DNA from: Candidatus Latescibacterota bacterium | GTDB lineage: Bacteria; Latescibacterota; UBA2968; GCA-2709665 | Reading direction: 5' to 3' | Length of the DNA stretch: 64,000 bases | NCBI GenBank assembly: GCA_965222075.1 | Contig: OZ244937.1 | Location: 2,112,001 to 2,176,000 of the forward strand | In this document: piece after piece, positions 56,957 through 64,000 of the stretch | How the letters are laid out: the number at the start of each line of letters is the position of its first letter | Position numbering within the stretch: position 1 is the first letter of the stretch | Notes under the pieces: model-generated | Seen by the model: only the letters and a program-made list of their open reading frames with translations | Databases searched by the model: none | Told to the model about the DNA's origin: nothing | Translations under genes and position numbers: made by a program

Positions 56957-58756
56957 TTATTCCCATTCCACCGTACCCGGCGGCTTGTGGGTCACGTCGT
57001 AGAACACCGCGTCAACCCCGCCGAGGGACAGGATCTCCCGTGCGAGCCGGTCGAGCATATCTCTGGGCAGTTCGGAAAACCGGGCCGTCATAAAATCGGG
57101 CGTGTAGACCGGCCGCAGCACCACCGTCTCCCCCTGTCCATCCGAGGAAAGGGGCAGGAGCACGGTCGACATCTGCGAAACCTCCCGCATCAGCCCCGCC
57201 TGCGTCAGGGCGTCCATCGCCATCGCATCGGCCTCCCGGAGCAAGTCCAGCCGGGCCCGGCAGAGAAATGCCCGTTTCAGGCGCAGGTCCGGCGTCTGTT
57301 GTGGGGCCAGGAGGTAAACCATACGGTTGATTGCCCCCACCGTGTTGGTCAGGCGGGTGGACACCCCCTCCAGTGCCTTCCAGTCTGCCTCACCCCACAC
57401 AACCGCCGGGTGCGCGTAGGTCCGGAAATCCCCCTGCACCCCCACGCTTTTAATCGGAAGGATGCGCAGACTCAGGCCGAACGCCCCGGCAATACCAGCA
57501 GCCTCCGCCTGCGCTTCCGAAAGGTCTTCGGAAGGCATCCGACCGCCCGAACAGAGGCAGCGCACCGCCAGCCCCGGCCCCGGAAAGGGATGGCGCCAGA
57601 CCAGGGAATCGGGCAGACCGAGCCGGGTGCCCAAATCGCGCACCTCATCTTTGTAAAGCTGTGCCAGCGGTTCAATCACCCGCCCCTGGGCAACCAACGT
57701 CTCAATCAGATCGATCCGGTTGTGATGGGTCTTGATCAGGGCCGCATGCTCGGTGCCGCCCGACTCGATCGTATCCGGATAGAGCGTCCCCTGCCCCAGC
57801 ACCCAGCGCTTCGGATCCAGGTCGAGCCTGGATAGAACGCGGTCCTTCACTTCCAGGAACGTCCGGCCGACGGCCTGCCGTTTCTCCTCGGGCTCGACCA
57901 TCCCCTCCACAGAAAGGAGAAAATCGTCGCTTGCATCCTCTACAATGAGGTTCTCAAACCCCTGCCGGGACAGAAAGGCCTCCACCGCAGCCGTCTCCCC
58001 CTTGCGCATAAACCCGTTGTCGATGTGAAGCCCCAGCACCCGATCCGGGCCCAGCGCCCGGTTAAGCAGGAGAAAGGCAACGCTGGAATCCACCCCGCCC
58101 GAAACCAGCAGAAAGACGTTTCGGTCCCCCATCTGAGCGCGGATTTCCTCGATCGCCGCTTCTGCGTAGCCCGCCATCGTCCAGGTGCGGGGCGCGCCGC
58201 AGATCCGGAGGAAATTGTCCAGCACCTCCATCCCCCGGGGGGTGTGGGCCACCTCGGGGTGGAACTGCAGGCCGTAAATATGGCGGCCGGTGTCCCCCAC
58301 GGCGGCCATAGGGCAGTCTTCCGTTTCCCCCAGCACCTGAAACCCCTTGGGAAGGCGCCTGACCGTATCCCCGTGGCTCATCCAGACCACCTCGGAGGCC
58401 CCCAACCCCTCAAAGAGCCTGGCGCCGGGACGGATCTGCAGTACCGCCGATCCGAACTCCCGGACCTTCCCCGCAGCGACCTCTCCCCCCAGGTGCTGAC
58501 AGATCAACTGGTGGCCGTAGCAGAGGCCAAGCGCAGGCAGCCCCATCCCAAGAAGGTCCGGATTGAAATCGGGCGGATCCGGATCGTACACGCTGGCAGG
58601 CCCGCCGGAAAAAATAATCCCGCAGACGCCCTCTAATTCAGAAGAATCAACAGTCGGCGGGAAAACTTCAGAATAGCTCCGGAGCCTCCGGACACGATTG
58701 GCAATCAGGTGGGCGTACTGCCCTCCAAAATCGAGCACGGCGATGCCGCTGTGCAT
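56957..58756 (-). CDS. guaA: GMP synthase (glutamine-hydrolysing)
   Basis: LDFGGQY, GLCYG, QFHPEV, SGGVDS, IKTHHN, RHPFPGPGL, KPPGTVEWE. Confidence 0.97.
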   Translation of the reverse strand: MHSGIAVLDFGGQYAHLIANRVRRLRSYSEVFPPTVDSSELEGVCGIIFSGGPASVYDPDPPDFNPDLLGMGLPALGLCYGHQLICQHLGGEVAAGKVREFGSAVLQIRPGARLFEGLGASEVVWMSHGDTVRRLPKGFQVLGETEDCPMAAVGDTGRHIYGLQFHPEVAHTPRGMEVLDNFLRICGAPRTWTMAGYAEAAIEEIRAQMGDRNVFLLVSGGVDSSVAFLLLNRALGPDRVLGLHIDNGFMRKGETAAVEAFLSRQGFENLIVEDASDDFLLSVEGMVEPEEKRQAVGRTFLEVKDRVLSRLDLDPKRWVLGQGTLYPDTIESGGTEHAALIKTHHNRIDLIETLVAQGRVIEPLAQLYKDEVRDLGTRLGLPDSLVWRHPFPGPGLAVRCLCSGGRMPSEDLSEAQAEAAGIAGAFGLSLRILPIKSVGVQGDFRTYAHPAVVWGEADWKALEGVSTRLTNTVGAINRMVYLLAPQQTPDLRLKRAFLCRARLDLLREADAMAMDALTQAGLMREVSQMSTVLLPLSSDGQGETVVLRPVYTPDFMTARFSELPRDMLDRLAREILSLGGVDAVFYDVTHKPPGTVEWE

Positions 58757-58766
58757 AGAACAATCC

Positions 58767-58973
58767 CTAACCCCGTGGGGTCTTGACAATCTCCCGCAGA
58801 AAATCGTCCCCGGAAAATTCGTTACACCCGGTCGCCGCCATCAACAGATCAAGGATCTCTCGTCGGGTGCGGCGGTTGTAGATGAGATCCTCGAACACTT
58901 CTTTGTACTTTCTCTTCCCCAGAGACTTCTCGATCTCTTTGGGCGTCATCCAGGGATTTCCCGCTTCTGACAT
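58767..58973 (-). CDS. Small hypothetical protein (68 aa)
   Basis: ATG 58973 with AGGAGGA RBS, helical-looking sequence, ends 10 nt before guaA. Confidence 0.6.
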   Translation of the reverse strand: MSEAGNPWMTPKEIEKSLGKRKYKEVFEDLIYNRRTRREILDLLMAATGCNEFSGDDFLREIVKTPRG

Positions 58974-59202
58974 GGGATTTATCCTCCTGTTAAAAAACAA
59001 CTTAACTTTTTCAAACCTCAAAACGGAACATACCGTAATCCTGTATGCCTGTCAACTGTGGGCTCCCCCGGAGGTTTTTCTGTAAAGATAAGCACCCTGG
59101 TAACAACAGGCAAGACCCCGGAAGCCATTTGCCAAACTCCCCAAAAATGAGTACACTTCTTCACAATCGCGTACCTCCCTTGGCCTTCGATCAGAGGTTG
59201 GG

Positions 59203-59616
59203 ATGACCCTCAAAGCACTCCCTGCGCTCAACGCAATCCTGAACGCCATCAGCGCCGCCCTCCTCCTGCTGGGCTACGTCCAGATTAAAAACCGCAGAAT
59301 CGAGGCACACAAAAAATACATGCTCTCCGCCCTCGTCTCATCGGCCCTCTTTCTCACCTCTTATCTGATCTACCACAGCCAGGTCGGATCTGTGTCCTAT
59401 CCCCACCATGACTGGACCCGCCCGGTCTATTTTGCCATCCTGATCCCGCACGTCATCCTGGCCGCCGTAATGGTGCCCTTCATCCTGGCAATCGTCTGGC
59501 ATGCCTGGCGTGGCGATTTTTTCAAGCACCGGCGGCTGGCACGCTGGGTCTGGCCCGTCTGGATGTTTGTCTCCACCTCCGGGATTGTCATCTACCTGAT
59601 GCTCTATCGCCTCTAA
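59203..59616 (+). CDS. DUF420 membrane protein
   Basis: LPALNAILN, HKKYM, FLTSYLIYH, HRRLARW..PVW. Confidence 0.9.
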   Translation: MTLKALPALNAILNAISAALLLLGYVQIKNRRIEAHKKYMLSALVSSALFLTSYLIYHSQVGSVSYPHHDWTRPVYFAILIPHVILAAVMVPFILAIVWHAWRGDFFKHRRLARWVWPVWMFVSTSGIVIYLMLYRL

Positions 59617-59725
59617 AAAGCAGTCAAAATCAAAAGTCAAAAGTCCGGAACCAAAGGGCGATGGGGCTTTCTCGACTGGTCGTGGGGTGGCTGGACTTTT
59701 GACACTTTCATAAAGGAGGTCTGCC

Positions 59726-60619
59726 ATGACCGTTCTCGTCACCGGATCTACCGGTCTGCTTGGATCGGCACTGGTCCCCTTTCTCGTAGACCAGGGACAC
59801 CGCGTGATCCGCCTTGTACGAAAAGATCCCAAATCGGATGAAGTTCGCTGGGACCCGGAGGCCGGCGCCATCGACACGGCCGGCCTTGAGGGGCTTGATG
59901 CTGTTGTGCACCTCGCCGGTGAAAACATCGCCGAGGGAAGGTGGAACGCGAAAAAAAAGGCCAGCATCCGCGACAGCCGCGTCAACGGCACCCGCCTCCT
60001 GGCCGAATCCCTCGCCGGTCTTGAAGCCCCCCCGGGCGTCCTGGTCTCCGCTTCGGCCATCGGCTACTACGGAGACCGGGACGACGAGATCCTCCGGGAA
60101 GACAGCCCGGCCGGATCGGGCTTCCTCCCCGACGTCTGCCTCGCCTGGGAAGCCGCGGCTCAGCCCGCCGCCCAAAAGGGAATCCGCACCGTCAACCTCC
60201 GCACCGGCGTCGTCTTAAGCGCAGAGGGCGGCGCGCTGGCCAAAATGCTCTTCCCCTTCAAAATGGGAGCAGGCGGCGTCATCGGCAGCGGCAACCAGTA
60301 CATGAGCTGGATCTCGATCCACGACACGATCAGCATCGTCCACCACGCCCTCACCACCGATGCCCCCCAGGGACCGATCAACACCGTGGCTCCGACCCCC
60401 GTCACCAATCGGGAATTCACCAGAATCCTGGGCCGGGTGCTCTCCCGCCCCACCCTCTTCCCCATGCCAGCCTTCGCCGCCCGTCTCGCCTTCGGCGAAA
60501 TGGCCGACGCCCTCCTCCTGGCCAGCACCCGCGTAGAACCCGTCCGACTCCAGGAAACGGGCTATTCCTTCCAGCACCCCCAGCTGGAGGGCGCACTGCG
60601 GCATATTCTGGGGAAGTAG
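59726..60619 (+). CDS. TIGR01777-family NAD-dependent epimerase
   Basis: TGSTGLLG, HLAGENI, SASAIGYYG, GSGNQYMSWI. Confidence 0.92.
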   Translation: MTVLVTGSTGLLGSALVPFLVDQGHRVIRLVRKDPKSDEVRWDPEAGAIDTAGLEGLDAVVHLAGENIAEGRWNAKKKASIRDSRVNGTRLLAESLAGLEAPPGVLVSASAIGYYGDRDDEILREDSPAGSGFLPDVCLAWEAAAQPAAQKGIRTVNLRTGVVLSAEGGALAKMLFPFKMGAGGVIGSGNQYMSWISIHDTISIVHHALTTDAPQGPINTVAPTPVTNREFTRILGRVLSRPTLFPMPAFAARLAFGEMADALLLASTRVEPVRLQETGYSFQHPQLEGALRHILGK

Positions 60620-60662
60620 CTGCCAGTAACAAGATGTTGAGCTATACCAAAAAGGTGGTGCT

Positions 60663-62075
60663 ATGGCAAACCAGGAGGTCTCCTTCAGGGAAGGCGTCAA
60701 CCGGGCGGTCGACCAGGCGCTGGCCACACTCGACTTGCCCCCCGGCCTCGGCGACCAGATCAAGACCAGCAACAATATCTACCAGGTCCGCTTTTTCGTA
60801 AAATTCCGCCGTGGCTATCGTGTTTTTACCGGCTGGCGGGCGGTCCACAGTGAACACCGGCTGCCGGTAAAAGGTGGCATCCGCTTTGCCCCAACGGTCT
60901 CCCAGGAAGATGTGGAGGCCTTAGCTGCGCTCATGTCCTACAAATGTGCAATTGTAGACATCCCTTTCGGCGGCTCCAAAGGGGGACTCTGTATCGACCC
61001 CCGGGAATACAGCGAATCCGAACTGGAACGCATCACCCGCCGGTTCACCCAGGAACTTGCCAAAAAGGACTACATCAGCCCCAGCCTGAACGTACCGGCA
61101 CCCGATATGGGCACCGGAGAGCGGGAAATGGGCTGGATTCAGGACACCTACCGCACGCTCTTTCCCCAGGACATCAATGCCGCCGCCTGCGTCACCGGAA
61201 AGCCCGTAACCCAGGGAGGCATCCACGGCCGCGTTGAAGCCACCGGGCGGGGCGTGCAGTACGGCCTCCGGGAATACTTCCGCCACCCCGACGATGTCGC
61301 CCGCGTGGGGCTGGAGGGCACTCTGGAAGGCAAACGAATCGTGGTGCAGGGACTGGGCAACGTGGGCTACTACGCAGCCAAATTCCTCTCCGAAGAGGAC
61401 GGCGCCCTCGTCGTCGGAATCATCGAACGGGACGGGGCCATCCTCTCAGATAAAGGCCTTCCTGTCGAAGAGGTCTCCGCCCACCTCCGGGAACACGGCG
61501 GCGTGAAGGGGTTTCCTGGCGCCACCTACCTTGAAGACGGGCGCTCGGTCCTGGAGGCCGAGTGTGACATTCTCATCCCGGCCGCGCTGGAGGGCCAGAT
61601 CACCCTGGAAAACGCCCCCAGAATCCAGGCGCCCCTCATTGCCGAGGCCGCCAACGGCCCCGTCACCTTCGAGGCGGACAACCACCTGCGTGAGCACGGA
61701 AAAATCATCATCCCCGACACCTATCTGAACGCGGGGGGGGTGACCGTCTCCTATTTTGAATGGATCAGAAACCTCTCCCACATCCGCTTCGGACGCCTTG
61801 ACCGCCGCCACGAAGAGATGCGCGGCCAGGCCATCATCCAAATCATTGAAAGCCTGGTGGGAAAGCCCGTCCCCGAAGCCCTCAAGACCCGGCTCACCCA
61901 CGGGGCCATCGAAATCGATCTTGTCCGCTCCGGCCTCGACGATACCATGCGCGAGGCCTACAACCAGATTCGCGAGGTCTACCTCTCCCGGGAGAACGTC
62001 CCGGATCTCAGGACCTCAGCGTTCGTCGTCGCCATCGAAAAAATCGCCCGGGCCTACCTCGAACTGGGCCTCTAA
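60663..62075 (+). CDS. gdhA: Glutamate dehydrogenase
   Basis: PVKGGIRF, PFGGSKGG, VPAPDMGT, VTGKP, QGLGNVG, EAANGP, NAGGVTVSYFEW. Confidence 0.93.
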   Translation: MANQEVSFREGVNRAVDQALATLDLPPGLGDQIKTSNNIYQVRFFVKFRRGYRVFTGWRAVHSEHRLPVKGGIRFAPTVSQEDVEALAALMSYKCAIVDIPFGGSKGGLCIDPREYSESELERITRRFTQELAKKDYISPSLNVPAPDMGTGEREMGWIQDTYRTLFPQDINAAACVTGKPVTQGGIHGRVEATGRGVQYGLREYFRHPDDVARVGLEGTLEGKRIVVQGLGNVGYYAAKFLSEEDGALVVGIIERDGAILSDKGLPVEEVSAHLREHGGVKGFPGATYLEDGRSVLEAECDILIPAALEGQITLENAPRIQAPLIAEAANGPVTFEADNHLREHGKIIIPDTYLNAGGVTVSYFEWIRNLSHIRFGRLDRRHEEMRGQAIIQIIESLVGKPVPEALKTRLTHGAIEIDLVRSGLDDTMREAYNQIREVYLSRENVPDLRTSAFVVAIEKIARAYLELGL

Positions 62076-62111
62076 CCCCAGGAATGCATATTGTGAATGG
62101 ATCGGTACCGC

Positions 62112-63401
62112 TTAACCCACCCCCACCTGCTCCCCCACCTGCTCTGCTGCGAACAGCGCCTGCTTGAGCACCGTCTCGTAGAGCGCCTCCCGCTCGCTGC
62201 TGGGCATTCGTTCGCCCTGATCGTCCCGGTAGTCGATCACGTGTGAATAGACCGGCGGCATTGGCGCCTCCTGCGACGTGTAAAATGCGCACAACCCGCG
62301 GAAATCTTCCATCGCCTCGGCCTGCACGTGCCCAAAGCCGAACTTCGGATCCTGCGTCTGATCCAGCCGGAGGTGCGCGTGGATGCCAAGCGCTTCCAGC
62401 CCCTCCACCAGCCCGGGCGCCTCGTGCAAATCGCCCAGGTGCTCGGTCACAAAGCCCTTCCAGCCTGCCTTCCGCCCCAGCACCTGCACCAGGGTCCCCG
62501 CGCCGTCCGCATAGTGCAAAATAAAGTCTTCCAGGTGTGGATTCTCGGACGGATGCTCCAGCCTGGGTGAATTCCCCAGATTGATCCCGCAGACCCCGAT
62601 CCCGTTCTCCATGTACAGGCGTGCATCCTCAACCGGATCTGCAAAACACATCCGTGTGTGCCCGGCGTCCAGGCGGATCTGCACGTGCGTTCGCAGAACC
62701 TCCTCTGCCTCGCCGGGGTCCACTCCGGGTGCCTCTTGAAGCGCCTCCCTCCCCACCCCCATCAGGTAGTTTTCCCAGAAATCCACCACCTCGGTCGCAT
62801 ACATCAAACTCTGCCCCCGGGTCGGATCCAACCCCAGCACCAGCCTCTTTCCAAACGCCTCACTCAGCCGGTAAAGCTCCGCAGCCACCCGGGCGACATT
62901 CTTTGCAATAATCGGATTCAGCTCTGCCTCTCGCCCCTCGATCTCCCGCCGCATAATACCCGCCAGTTGCTGCACAAAAACGTAGGGCACCCGACCGTTG
63001 TGGAGGTACGGGAGCAGGTGCAGCCCCTTCCGCATCGCCTCGAATTTCCCCTCATGGGCCCAGGTGATTCCATTCCGGGCAATCAACGCCTCTCGTGAGG
63101 CCCCTCCCTTCATCGGGCTTGCGATCCCAACGGCAAGCAGTCTGCGCTCTGCCAGACGCTCTCCCAGCGCTTCCAGCGCCGGCGTCGGCTCGTAACCCTC
63201 CCCTTTTTCCACCAGCAGGCTGTCCACCACACCCGCAGTCAGCCGCACCTCGCAGACCGGGTCCAGACCGGCCCGGGCGATCTCCCCCTCCATCCACGGG
63301 TACACATTGTCGATGATATCGAACAGGTCCTCTACCGTCTCTCGCCCCGAAAAAACCCGCACCGTCCCCACACCAAATGGAATGCCGTTCTGGGTTGCCA
63401 T
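62112..63401 (-). CDS. Divergent EboE-like xylose-isomerase-fold protein
   Basis: Overall pattern resembles EboE (LVLGLDP, VVDFW, LRTHV.I.LDAGH...F.DP), recognised by eye only. Confidence 0.5.
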   Translation of the reverse strand: MATQNGIPFGVGTVRVFSGRETVEDLFDIIDNVYPWMEGEIARAGLDPVCEVRLTAGVVDSLLVEKGEGYEPTPALEALGERLAERRLLAVGIASPMKGGASREALIARNGITWAHEGKFEAMRKGLHLLPYLHNGRVPYVFVQQLAGIMRREIEGREAELNPIIAKNVARVAAELYRLSEAFGKRLVLGLDPTRGQSLMYATEVVDFWENYLMGVGREALQEAPGVDPGEAEEVLRTHVQIRLDAGHTRMCFADPVEDARLYMENGIGVCGINLGNSPRLEHPSENPHLEDFILHYADGAGTLVQVLGRKAGWKGFVTEHLGDLHEAPGLVEGLEALGIHAHLRLDQTQDPKFGFGHVQAEAMEDFRGLCAFYTSQEAPMPPVYSHVIDYRDDQGERMPSSEREALYETVLKQALFAAEQVGEQVGVG

Positions 63402-63464
63402 ATCTGTGACCTCCTGCTGGAAGTGGAATTCTCACCCATCTTTTCTTGACTCATCTAAGCGTCT

Positions 63465-64000
63465 TCAAACCCCTTCAAACGCAGACCGAATCAACGCAAC
63501 ACTCTGCGGCACCCCCTCCAGCGCGTTCGCCTTCCCCTCAAACTCGATCGACACATACCCCGTATAATCGACATCCTTCAGGATCTCCGCAATCCGCACG
63601 TAGTCCAGATCGAGCGTATACCACTCCCCGCCGCCGAAATAGGTCTTGGCGTGCACCAGCACCGCATGCGGCGCCAGCATGGCCAGCTTGTCGTAGGGAA
63701 CCTCTAAGAAATTCCCCGTATCCAGCGTCATCTTCAGCCAGGGGGAATCCACCGCCTCCACAATCCGCAGCACGCCCTCCGGCGTATAGGTCAGCCCCCA
63801 GTGGTTCTCCAGCGCCAGCACCACCCCCCGCTCCTCCGCCAGCGGCAGACACGCCCGGGTGCATTCAACAACCCATTCAAACGCCTCATCCTCCGTATGC
63901 CCCGGCAGCGGCGGCTCCACGCCCTTGGCCGCCATCAGATCGTCGAAAGATCCGATCGTCTTCCACCGTCCCGAGTTGAACCGGACCGCCGGAATGCCCA
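63465..64000 (-). CDS. Sugar phosphate isomerase/epimerase (5' partial)
   Basis: LALENHWG, LDTGNF, HAKTY, SIEFEG. The frame continues to the window end. Confidence 0.88.
   Translation of the reverse strand, partial: GIPAVRFNSGRWKTIGSFDDLMAAKGVEPPLPGHTEDEAFEWVVECTRACLPLAEERGVVLALENHWGLTYTPEGVLRIVEAVDSPWLKMTLDTGNFLEVPYDKLAMLAPHAVLVHAKTYFGGGEWYTLDLDYVRIAEILKDVDYTGYVSIEFEGKANALEGVPQSVALIRSAFEGV

Overview
A GC-rich bacterial chromosomal window. TonB receptor/PorV loci, DFDGDG dockerin-like tags and a DUF6785-type membrane protein suggest an FCB-group organism such as Latescibacterota or a relative (inference). From left to right: (1) 1-17.3 kb is a sigma-54-controlled locus resembling a polysaccharide utilization locus but lacking SusD. 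It holds a beta-propeller/Y_Y_Y-fused enhancer-binding protein, upstream activator (UAS) repeats and a -24/-12 promoter, a STAS gene, a TonB receptor, a T9SS-CTD-like protein, PorV, two heparinase II/III paralogs and a membrane protein. (2) 17.3-43.9 kb is mostly metabolic and housekeeping genes, including modA, GH113, an S8 protease, thrC and hrcA-grpE-dnaJ-prmA-hit. (3) 43.9-53.3 kb is a plasticity zone. It contains two candidate small RNAs, an intact IS with a 6-bp target duplication, a nested palindrome, a lipoprotein whose 3' end looks like a DGR variable region, gene remnants, and a 2.8-kb GH12 + ATPase cassette bounded by 60-bp direct repeats. (4) 53.3-64 kb holds glnA, guaA, gdh and others. 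I saw no rRNA, tRNA or CRISPR array. All family calls come from motif recognition by eye, not database searches.
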